From positions 372,001 to 436,000 of the forward strand of contig RSEE01000027.1 of assembly GCA_003971905.1 (NCBI GenBank): a stretch of DNA of 64,000 bases, in the 5' to 3' direction. Positions within the stretch are counted from its first letter, which is position 1. Each line of letters opens with the position of its first letter. Positions 23,829-34,338 of the stretch are shown piece after piece. Both the position numbers and the translations under genes were made by a program. The notes beneath the pieces are model-generated. The model was not told the origin of the DNA, did no database searches, and worked only from the letters and a program-made list of their open reading frames with translations. The DNA is from Moniliella sp. 'wahieum'. Lineage: Eukaryota.

Positions 23829-25699
23829 TTACTTCTTTCCATCCCGTGCGAGCGCCAGAGCAATTTCACTCAGCACACGACGCCGATTCGCGCGTGCCGT
23901 GCGGGATGGGGTCCTCGGGCGGGGTAGGGTTGACGACATGCTCTTCCGTCAGGGGGGCCCGCGCCGCAATCGGGGTCGCTGCCGCTTCGGCCGCCTGATA
24001 CAATCCCTTGGCTTGTTCCTTCGCCGTCTTGCCCCCTGCGCTTGGGCGGCCAAGGTGCGGCCCAGGGCAAAGAGCAGCCCAGCCTCGCCAACTTACACTC
24101 GTCCAGTGTTTCGGCCGAAACGACGGGTGCAGCCGGCAGCGGTACGTTCGACGTGGACAGCGGTGCGACCGAGCCTTTCCCTACCGTCGTCACCGGGTCG
24201 GGCGAAGGAGGAATGCCTACTTCCGCCTCGGTCGCACGGACGAGCGCCAAGCCGTCCCGCGCCGAAGCGAGCGCACGAGCATGCAGCTCCGTCTGTCGCA
24301 CGCCTGCCTCAGCCTTGGTCTTGCCCTGCTGCTGCCACGGCCGGTCGGCCGCGGCGAGCAAAACGTTGACTAGATTGTAGAACAGCACACCGGCGTGGCA
24401 CTTGGTCTCGGTGGTGAGCTCGGGCAGGAGCGCCTGCGGCGCAACAACGTCCAGCTGGGCTTGGGCCAACGGCGTGGTGACCGGCGGCTCGGTCAGGGGT
24501 GCAGCGTGGGCAAGCGGCGAGCGCAGCAAACTAATCGCATGATTGTACAGCTGGGCCGCGCGCCGGGATGCCCGCGCGACGAGTAAAAGGTCGCGAGGGA
24601 TTCCAGAGCGGTGCCCAAGTCCGTGCTCTCTGCCCAGGTCGGTAGGTTAAGGTGCTGCAATGGCGTATAGGCCGTCTTGAGCGGCGCCTGCACCCCGCTC
24701 TGACCCTCAGGGGGTACGTAGGAAGTAGGATGGGCCAGGGGACCGGCTCGCCGCGCGGAGGCTCGGGGCCTTCCGCGCCTACGCCTTGGCCCCCACTCGC
24801 CGCGGTCACACGGGCGCCATGAGCGTCGGGAGGCAGAGCAAGCGGGAACATGTGCTGCACCGCCCAGCGGTAATACTCGTCGGCCAGGCCATCCATGTCG
24901 GTCACACCAGGGGTACCGTCCTTGTTGGCTTGTTGCGACGGTAAGATGAATTTGCCGCTGGAAGCCATGTCGCCCAGTTTCTTGGCCAACGCCACGGCCC
25001 GCATCGTGTCGGCCGGAGTAGCTTGTTGAACCGACAAGGGCCCAGCACGGATCAGCTCCTCAAACGCAGCTTGGAACGTGGTAAACGCCTCGACGTACTT
25101 GCCCGAAAACTCCAGCGCCGTGCCACGGCCCACCGCAATGGCCGACAACTTGGCCAACACATCTTCGGGCGAATTGGCCAGGCGGGTAAAGAAGCCCGTA
25201 TCGCCAGCAGCCTTGCGGGCGGCCTCTTGGGCTTGCTCATAGTACGTCTCGGCCGCAGCAAAGTCGCCCTTGCGCTCAGCACACGCGCCGCTTCCTTCAG
25301 CGGCGTCCGCACCGACTTGGGCCACGGCGAGCCCATCAAGTAGTACAGGTCCAAAATACCCACGGCCTCGAGGACGAAGGGCAAGCTCAGCAGACTACGG
25401 GCAGCAAGGCGGCAAGGCAGTCAGCGACAGAACCGCGCCAGGAACAAGCGGGTATGGGGTACGTACGAGATCACCACCACGCCGCCCACTTGATCCTGGG
25501 CGGCGGGGGCTGGAAGTTGCCATCGTCGCGCTGGGAAACGGTGGCGGGGTGGGCAACGCGCAGGCGGGGGGCCGAGGCAAAGGAGCGGTGGGGCACGAGG
25601 CGAGAAGGGAGGATGGCGGGGGCGGGCGACGCACGGGCGGCCGAGGCGAGCACGGCGGTGGACAAGACGCGGCGGGAAGAGGCAGGCGCGCGGGAGCAT
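23829..25699 (-). CDS. Mitochondrial TPR-like protein, MGR3-like (i-AAA protease adaptor)
   Basis: Presequence (..HRSFASAPRLR), one hydrophobic segment, then WPKSVRTPLK, LAKLSAIAV, MRAVALAKKLGDMA and LPTWAESTDLGTALESLATFYSSRG, similar to fungal Mgr3-type TPR proteins. 3' end inferred across a frameshift. Confidence 0.65.
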
Positions 25700-26486
25700 G
25701 ACGGGCAGAGGAGGTGGAGGAAGAGAAGCAGGCGGAAGCAGGCGGGATCGGCTTCTCGGTTGTTGTCTGGCCTGGCTGAGGCGCACCAGCAATAATGGAT
25801 CGAAGCGAGCCCGACGGCCGATCCCGTCCGTTGCATGCGTTCCATCATCACCATCACCTGTGTCCCCCCCGCCCAAGGAGCCAGCCGCGCAACCTACCCA
25901 TCCGTCTCAAGACACGCACATGCACAACTGGCCACTGCCCCCGCGCTGCCCCCACTCTGTGTGCACAGACCACCACCAGCACCGCCTCTCGAACTCTCCC
26001 GTGCCATGGCCATCAGTGCATCAGTGCGAAGAAGTGACGTCACAGTGCATGTCCCGCTCCCCCCAAAGCCAAAGCCGCCGGACAAAGCGGCTTCGCTGAG
26101 CGGGTCCGTGCTGAGGCTCAGCCGGGCTCAGCTGAGGCGCTGCCTGACACGTCCTGGCACTGCGCCCCGTGATGATCAATCGATCGCTGATCCCGCCTCT
26201 CGTCGGCGCTTGGTCGTACGTGGTTCGTCCTGCTCTTGGATCTTGGATGTTACCGGGTATCGGCGTAGCGCGTACCCGACCCCTCCCGTCAGCCCTCCCG
26301 TTCGGGCGCGCTTCGTAGCCGGTCCTCTCCGGCCACAGCAGGCGCATTTCGGATGGCACTGCTGCGTCTGTACCGGGGCCATCCAGGCCGCACGACTTGA
26401 CCCGAATTGCTCTGCATATGGGGTGATGCGTGATGCATGATGCGACCGGGGCCGATGGTGCGATGGTGCGGGCCGATGAGCCTCAC

Positions 26487-26523
26487 CGATCATCGATCAT
26501 CGATCATCGATCATCGATCATCG
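26487..26523. repeat. (CGATCAT)5 heptamer tandem repeat, member of the TCA-N4 lattice family
   Basis: Five perfect copies plus CG. Confidence 0.95.
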
Positions 26524-27306
26524 CTGAGCTCAGCCGGAGTGCACAGGCTGAGCGGCTGAGTTAACGGGTAACCCTGGCTAACCCAGAAGGCTCCTCAAGC
26601 TTCAAGCTTCAAGCTCTCAAGCCGAGCCGCTGCTCTGCCTCAGCCGCCTCAAGTCAGCGTCAACATTGTTCAACCGTTCAACTTGAGCTTGAGCCATCCG
26701 ATATCATGCATCATAGATCATCGACCATTCATCATGCATCTTCCGGTCCGCCACGCGCACGTTCACAAGCACCCCAGCCGTCGGCAACTTGATGCGCCCA
26801 ATACCATGAGCGTCGTCTCCCGTTCGCCCTTGTTCTTGCCAGCTATCCGGTGCATCTTGCCCTCTTTAACTGATCTCGCATCCACAGGTACACTACAAGC
26901 TCTAACACATCCACAGAGAAAACAAGGCAATAGATGATGGAATTGGGGAAAAGTCGAGGCATAAGAGGGACTGGGTCCAACGGTCATATAGAGGCTTTTC
27001 TCAGAAAAGATACAACAGGGCCACCTCCGACACAAAGGAAGGGATAGCGCTTGGAATGCTTGATTCGGACACATAAAACGAAACATAGAGCCGCGCGCGC
27101 TCGCATGTGCAAACCCCATAACTGGTATGGTGGCAGGACAAACCAAAGCGTAGAGGAGTCAGAGCGCACAGGCACATTTACTACCATGATAGAGTACGGT
27201 TAGCTTCCATCTTGCCTTCGAAGGTGCAGCGAGAGCCATACAAAGGGACGTATACATACCACAAGCATGGATGCTCATATCAGCAGGGTTCAAAAGAATC
27301 CCATCC

Positions 27307-27498
27307 TTAAGCCCAGGGCGAGCGGAGGGGCGAGCGGCCAGACAGACGGCGGCCCTTGCTAGCGTTCGCCGCCGCTTGGACTTGGGCAGGCGTGGGCTTT
27401 TGGGCCGAGGACTTGGCCAACGAAGCCTGGTTGGCCGTCTTGGGCAGGCGCAGCGTAGCGCGCGAGCCGTAGTTGCGGAGGACAGTCGAGGCGAACAT
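27307..27498 (-). CDS. 63-aa basic micro-protein with presequence-like N-terminus
   Basis: MFASTVLRNYGSRATLRLPK...GRSPLRSPWA*. CACACC-ATG context, TATAAA at ~27586-27591 on the - strand, pyrimidine-rich leader, C/G-ending codon bias. Confidence 0.55.
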   Translation of the reverse strand: MFASTVLRNYGSRATLRLPKTANQASLAKSSAQKPTPAQVQAAANASKGRRLSGRSPLRSPWA

Positions 27499-27987
27499 GG
27501 TGTGGTTGGTGGGGCGAAGAGAGCAGAAGAGGCGGGAGGATGGGGTGGATGGCAAGTCGGACGGTGGGAGGCGAGGGTGGGCGACTTTATACTGCTTGGG
27601 ATGTGTGCGTGGCCCCATGCCACAGCCCGATAGCAGGAGCGATAAGGCACGTGGGCAGTGTTCCCCGGGTTCAGGCCACCCGGTCGGCCAACCGGGCAGG
27701 GTGGGCCCGGGCTGGTGAGGGCGAGCACTGGCGTGGTGCTGCTGCACGGAGGGTGGGCGCGATGCATGATGCGTGGATAGATGACGTCGATTCGCTTGGG
27801 GGCGCGGGGTTTGCCAGGGGGATGGCCAGCCATTGCCTGGCACAGTGCATGCGCCCTTCTTCCCCGGAATTCGACGTCACATTGACCCATGATGCATGAT
27901 GCATGACGCGCATGACGCAATGACGCGTGATCGAGATCATAACATGCCAGATTCACACATGGGCTAGTAGGCGGTAGGGAGGAGGCA

Positions 27988-28043
27988 TGATGCATGATGA
28001 ATGATGCATGACCGGTGACTGGTGACCTGTGACATGTGACCGG
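27988..28043. repeat. TGA-N4 7-bp periodic array (8 units, variable spacers)
   Basis: TGA at 27988, 27995, 28002, 28009, 28016, 28023, 28030 and 28037. Confidence 0.9.
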
Positions 28044-28253
28044 ATAAGCGCACCGCGGAAAAATAGAGCTTCGATGCTTGGCTTGTCCTGAGATCTGAGA
28101 CACCTACTGCCTTTCCCGCAGCTGCCCCCCGGCCTTCCCCGCACTTTGGCCGAACCTGGGGGCCTATCCCACACGCCCGGCTGCTCGGGAGTTGTCGTGC
28201 CGGATAAGTAAAAGAGCCACTGTGGCGAATCATTAACCAAGTCATCGATGCGA

Positions 28254-28324
28254 CCATCGGCCATCGACCATCGGCCATCGACCATCGGCCATTGCATCAC
28301 GCATCATCCATCATACATCATACA
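28254..28324. repeat. (CCATCGR)n followed by a TCA-N4 7-bp array
   Basis: CCA every 7 bp from 28254 to 28289; TCA at 28297, 28304, 28311 and 28318. Confidence 0.9.
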
Positions 28325-29970
28325 TGCAGTTTCAAGCTTGCAAAAGGGCAGGCATTGCTATGTCCGTCGGCACCATTCACACGTTCCCCCGCCCATTTCC
28401 ATTTCCGTTCCCGGTCCCGGTACCGCGACAAGCTCCGCTCTGTTGTGCAATAGCCACCGGCGCCTCAGCCTGACTCATCATGCACATTCCCCAGCGTGAG
28501 GCCTTCGGGCGCGATCGGATATCCGGCCTCTTCCTAGCAGCATCTGTTGCTGGAACGTCGCCCAGGCGGTGGCCACATCCATATTCGCTGCTGCGGGTGG
28601 GGATCTTTGTGCTGGTTTCGATCTGACCTCCACCACCCAAATCCAGTCCTAGTCAGACCTTTCGAACTACCGATAAGGACAAAAGACTGCGCAATATTAA
28701 TAGCGGGTACGGCTTATTTTGGTACTGTGTGCACGTACGCATATAGCAGGCCCTTCAAGCTTCAAGCTTCAAAGCTATCTTCAAGCTTAATGAGCTTAAT
28801 GCATCCCCCCCCCTCTATCAGCATAGGCAGGTATAGATAGACACGAGATTGTGCGTTAGGCGTTACGCGCTGCGCGTTATCGCCGCCGCAATCATCTACA
28901 AATCGCCGCAGCTCCACGATATATGGAGACGCTTTTTGTACGTACCCACATCCCCCCGCGTTGCTTTTAGGTATCACAAAAACGGTTGGGCTTCAAATCT
29001 TTGGGACAGTGGACAGTTTGGAAGGGCGACGCTACCGCTGTAGCAAACCTTTGGGATCTAGGGACGACGTTGAGCTACTGCGGGTGGCTCGTGTGTATCA
29101 CGCCAAGGTCCCATCAGTGCATCAGTCCCTCGGTCGTTTTCTCGCTTCTGGTTTTCTTATTGGCCCGCTGCCAGTCGTGACGACTGGCTTTTCTTGATGT
29201 TCCTCTGTAGCCGTTGTTGGTTTGATTGGACCAGAACCACCACCACCACTGGTGCGATTGCATCACCCTCGAGGACCATCCGAACTCCAGGTCTCATCAG
29301 CTGCATCAACGACGGTGTATATCCTCACGTGCATAATCGTTCAGGGAATTTTATTGGGCTAATAAGATTGCCGTTGTCATGCGTGCCACTACTCCCCTAG
29401 AGGGCATAGTAGGAATGTATTCACTGGCCTGTGTAGTTGGTATTCCACGGTACAATGTGATTAAAAGTGGCCACAGAACATTACTCCCGTTGGTTGTGCA
29501 ACGTCAAAACACAAGGAGCTGGCTCACCTTGGGAGCGTCCCGTTGCAATTTCACGGTTCAGGTGGCCTGCCTGTTTTGTGGCAACGTCAAACACGCCTTG
29601 TGCATCAACTCTGGCTTTAGTACGCACGAGAATGGCATTATCCATGGAGTACAGCCTCAGGTCTCAAGGCCCACTATACTACGGGCCTCTGTTCTCCAGA
29701 GTTGGTAGCAAGCCACTTGCAGAAACGGTTCACCGATGAGCCTCACGGCACTTCATTGGCTACGCTACACGAGGTACTAGATATTCCCCACCCTTTCTTC
29801 AATGGGGCCACAAGGCCAAGCAACAATGGGACGCTTGAAGCACACGAGAGACTTTTGCTGAAGGTCGTCGCGAACCTCATTTTTTCCCTTTACCTTGGCG
29901 ACGGAACTTTCAACAGACAGACCCCCGAGCCTCGGTGTTTATCCATGCCAACCTGCCCCCTGACGACTCG

Positions 29971-30008
29971 CGATGGCACTTTCCCTTACCGATGGCACTT
30001 TCCCTTAC
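29971..30008. repeat. Perfect 19-bp tandem duplication CGATGGCACTTTCCCTTAC
   Basis: Copies at 29971-29989 and 29990-30008. Confidence 0.9.
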
Positions 30009-30530
30009 ATCGTTGAAACATATGCACAAGCGCACACCTTTTTCTTTTTTTGGCCGCGGGTACATGATGAGCGTGCCCTACTGTGTCACTGGTTATTGGG
30101 GGCGAAGAGAAGAGGGATGCTGGTAGTGGTGGTGGTAGTGGGCATGGTATCATCCACTGTCAAGTTACCAACACCAAATGGAGTGGAAGCCGAAAAGCGC
30201 TTGTACCTCTGCATCTGTTCTGCCACTGTGCCTTCATCTCTCTGGCCAGACATATAATAGCCCTCTGGGAACCAGCCAATGGACGGTTGCAATGTTGCAA
30301 CCCAACGTGGCGGTTGATGGCGGGGAGGCGGAGCGGAATGCGGCCCAGAGCAGAGACTGCTGTGTGCGAGCGCGGCGCGGGCCGGGAATTAGTAATGGGG
30401 AGTGGTGGCAACGGCGCGGGGGCCCATTGACGATTGGTTGGTTGCAAGGGGCTCGGCCAAGCCAGCGCTTTTTGTCGGCTGCTTTGGTGGGTGTTTGGAC
30501 GCTGCTCTGCCCATCATCCGCCTGGTTGCC

Positions 30531-31292
30531 ATGCTTGCCCACCCGCTCTCCTCTGGCCTGCGTTCTGGTACGTGTTCCCCGTGATCCCCCATGTGCGCCA
30601 TGTGCCTGCGCGGCCCCACTGACGCTCGCTTGGTTTGACCTGCTTCCTCAGGGGCCCTACGCATCGCCCGTCCTGGCCTCCTCGCGCCCTCGCTCCTGCC
30701 CTCGCGCCGCTCGCTGCCTGTCCACCAGCCCTGCCCCCGGCTCAGGCTTGGAACCATCCCCCGCCACCCAAAGAATGGACGGTCATGGCCGACGCGGGGT
30801 CCAACCAGCAGTCGCTCGAGACGCCGCAGAACAAGGCCGAGTGGGTGTGACCAAGATGGACCAGATTGTCAACTGGGGCCGGCAGGGTTCGCTCTGGCCC
30901 ATGACCTTTGGTCTGGCGTGCTGCATTGAGATGATGCACTGCTCTACCCGCGGTACGACCAAGATCGACTGGGTATCATTTTCCGTGCCTCGCCGCGTCA
31001 GTCGGACGTGATGATTGTCGCTGGCACGTTGACCAACAAGATGGCCCCCGGCTTGCGCAAGGTGTACGACCAGAGCCCGAGCCACGGTGGGTAGTGTCCA
31101 TGGGCTCGTGCGCCAATGGCGGCGGGTACTACCACTACTCGTACTCGGTCGTGCGTGGGTGTGACCGCATTGTGCCAGTCGACCTGTACGTCCCTGGATG
31201 CCCGCCCACGGCCGAGGCTGCTGTACGGCCTGATGCAGCTCCAGCGCAAGATGCGCAGGAACCGCAAATCGGTCCTGTGGTACCGCAAGTAG
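30531..31292 (+). CDS. NDUFS7: NADH:ubiquinone oxidoreductase PSST/20 kDa Fe-S subunit (NDUFS7/NuoB)
   Basis: Motifs [42 protein letters not shown] and [41 protein letters not shown]. Intron 30568-30651. CCAAT boxes at 30276 and 30433 (reverse). Confidence 0.97.
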
Positions 31293-32053
31293 TTGTCCTT
31301 GTTTCTATGTATCATTCATCCTGCATTGGCGTTCCTCTCCCCTGATTTCCCTTGTAGTCGTGCGCTGCCTAGCTCTCCGATCATGCCATGCCGTCTTCTT
31401 GCCCCAGCCGCACCCTCGACGCGAAGGGGAAGAAGTGGTGCTTAAGGAACGGGGGTCGTGATTGCACGGCCCCAGTAGGCCTCGTTCTCCGGGCCAATAC
31501 AACCGCCATGACGGTATGCTTTGACTGACTACAGCCCGAGACCGAAACCGAAACCGGCCGGGATCGGGAAAATGTCCCGATTTGGACCTTCGGAGCGAGG
31601 GAAATACATGGCGGATCTGCTCTCTGACCTCTGACCTCCTCGGATAACATGTGTGTTCGGGTAGGCAGACCTTGTACCAACCGATTCCCCAGCCGCGACG
31701 CTCTCGACAGTGGTGAACTATATCAGGGAAAAGAGGGGGCAAAGATAGTGTGGATACCGTGGGGCATATGTTTTGCAACGACCAACATGGTCGAACAGGG
31801 AGGTGATCGACGCGGTGCGCTGACACGGGACAGCCACAGTTCCCGAGGGACCGCCGAATCAGCCGAGTCAAAGGCAAGGCATCCGGCGACATCATGCAGC
31901 CCCTGCGGCGCTGCCCTCCGTTCGTGCGGAGCAGGCGCACGTACCATGGCAGGCACAGGGGCGAGGGGAGGGGAGGGAAGGGAAGATGAGGTGGTGGGGA
32001 CGGGGAAAGGTAGGCGAGAAGACAAAATGGATGAGAACAACCGCTTGGATGAA

Positions 32054-32613
32054 TTAGTCAAACAGACCAAAGCCCATGTCGTCGTCCGACTCCTCCTCTT
32101 CCTCCTCTTCTTCTCCTCGGCAGCAGCCGCCTCACCGCCGGCAGCCGCGGCCGCGGCCGGGGCAGCGCCAGCGGGCGCAGCGCCCACGGCACCGATACCA
32201 GCCAGGAGCTCCTTCACGTCCTTGCCCTCGAGCGCCTTGGCGAGCAGAGTGGCCCACACGGGCTCCACCTCCACCTTGGCGGCCTTCGTCAGGGTAGTGA
32301 TCTTCTCCGCCTGGAACGGAAACGGGAACAAGGGGGTCAGTGTTCTGGCTTTGCGCAGGCCGATGCGGGAAGTGAGTCCGCTGGGCCGTCCTATTGCGAA
32401 TGGGTGCGGGCCATGGCAGACGGGGAGGAAGCAGGATGGCACGAGACGAAGGGGTCCAGCTCTTCGATCCAGCATTCAGCCCGTACGTCCCTGGGCACAG
32501 CTTTGAGGGTACCCATTGCCCATACCCGAGCCACCAGAAAAGAAACGTACAGAGATCTCGACTTGCTCGTCGGCAAGGATGAGGGTGGCGAGCGTAGCAG
32601 CGTTGGCAGACAT
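32054..32613 (-). CDS. RPP1: 60S acidic ribosomal protein P1
   Basis: [57 protein letters not shown], Ala hinge, C-terminal [12 protein letters not shown]. Intron 32311-32550. Confidence 0.95.
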
Positions 32614-33154
32614 GGTGTCGGCGGACAGGCAAAGTGATGCTGGGCTGGAGCAGACGCCCGACCGCCATGGCCAGCAACGGAGGGGGAAGCCAACGACGCA
32701 GGTTAGGGTTGCCGGCTTGGTCGGGTTTGGGCGCAATAAATTTGGTGTCCGGGGGGGGGCTACCTGAGTCTTTCGTGAAACGTTCATTTCATCCGTGGCC
32801 GTATGCGCTGCGTTCCATCTGAAGCCAACTGGTCCCAGCTAAGATCGAGCCTGCTAGAGCCCACGACGACAACCACCGGCGGGTGTATAGTCACCAGCGG
32901 ATGTGGGACTAGCTGGCGGGGACGGGCCGTTCGCCCGCTACTAGTGGTGCATGGGTGTGCTTGATTTATTCCTGGGAAAAAACTATGGTTCTTGCGGGCG
33001 TATGGAGAGGGGGAAAGGGGGAAAGAAAGGAAGCAAGGAGCGGTCGAGGTCCCGCATGCGGCGGTGGGGGTGGGCGCCCAAGCCGACGCAGGCTATTGCG
33101 CTGGTGGCGGTGGATCAGTAGGGTTTGGTCAGCTGGTGCGGAACATCCAGGCCG

Positions 33155-34338
33155 CTAGGCAGGTGGGTGAGCAGCGCATGCAGACAAGCCCCGTAGCCTT
33201 TTATGCTGGAGCGGGGGGAGACGGGCATGGGAGCAGGTAGTGTGGCAGCCCTCATGGGCGTCCCGGTGCGAGAGACCACGTTCGCCTTGATGAGGGGCTG
33301 TTGGACTTATGGGCAAGCACCAGGCGATCCTGCTCCGGGGCAGGACAAGCACCCGCACCCGTGTGGATGGCCACGAGCGCACTGCTCAGCACCAATAAGA
33401 TGGGCGGCACGCCATGCTCCACGTGCAGTTGCGTCCAGTCCCTCAGTGCCGACCGCAGCGCGTCGTTGGTCCCATCACACGACCGGGCAGACGAAACGGA
33501 CCCGCTTGCACGTGGGCCATGCGGGTACGCCGGTGCGAAGATCATATCGATCCCACGCACGTGCGAGGCAGCTGCGACCTGGCCGTCCGACAAGGGTGGA
33601 GCATCAGCAGACCCATCCGTATGGGCCCCGACTACCATGGTGGTGTACAAATCGTGGTCCGCGCGACCGATCCGGGCCAGTTGGCGGCGGACAAAGAGAC
33701 GGAGACAGAAATCGAGCTGGATCCCCCCGGTTGGAGGCGGTGATGGCACGGGTCACGGCGGTGCCCATCAACGATACCCCAAACTGCGGCGCAAGGAACT
33801 GTGCTAGGGCCACGAGCGCGTCCGAGGGAAGGGCGAGAAGAACGTTGGGTCCGAGTGCCAAGGCGGCATGAATGGTTGTGCTCCGATCTGCCCGTGTCGG
33901 AGCCGCACGTAGGACAGCCAATGCGCGCAGATGGTCCCTGTTCCCCACCGAGGGGGGAAGAGGGGAGTGGGCCAACGTCCAGGCCAAGTTGTTGGCTGCG
34001 ACCAAGCGGAGGTGGGAGGCGCGTCGGGTCACGGCTTTGGCTCGCCGGGTCTGGACCTGCTTCCACGCTGAGCTGATTTTTGGTCCTGCGAGCGAACCAA
34101 ACAAGAAGGTACAAATCTTTCCGGCCGGCCCCACCGCTTTCTGGGGGTGCCACAACGAGTTGGGCCGTATACTTGTCACCCCATTGGGGGGAGGTAAGGG
34201 ACAGGCGGAACGTCGATGCCAGGGCCGTGCCGGGTAGGCGAGTGAAGTGTGCGAGGGGTAAGCGGGGGGCGGGACGGGGAGGCGCAAGGGATGCGAGAAA
34301 GAGGAGGAAAGGGGTAAAATGAAAGGACGCGGGGTCAT
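33155..34338 (-). CDS. Divergent LETM1/Mdm38-like ribosome-binding-domain protein
   Basis: LLALPSDALVALAQFL..FG / LRLFVRRQLARIGRADHDL / LSDGQVAAASHVRGI / DALRSALRDWTQLHVEHGVPPILLVLSSAL parallel the Mdm38 blocks LDNLSRPQL.AM.KFM..FG / LRYQIR.KL..I..DD / LS.EEL..AC..RG / L...L..WL.L.L...IPS.L.VLS. Both ends uncertain. Confidence 0.6.

Noticed and set aside
26487..28324. Heptamer arrays as a CRISPR array or synthetic polylinker (ClaI, HindIII, NsiI, AgeI, MluI sites)
   Set aside because: No 25-45-bp repeat-spacer structure and no cas genes. The sites are degenerate and dispersed over the window, so they look natural rather than vector-derived.
30915..30940. PSST motif ACC-IEMMH missing the Ala of ACCAIEMMH
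   Set aside because: Lies among several nearby deletions and is most likely a basecalling error.
32311..32550. Long RPP1 intron as a snoRNA host
   Set aside because: No C box found; longer introns are normal for ribosomal protein genes.
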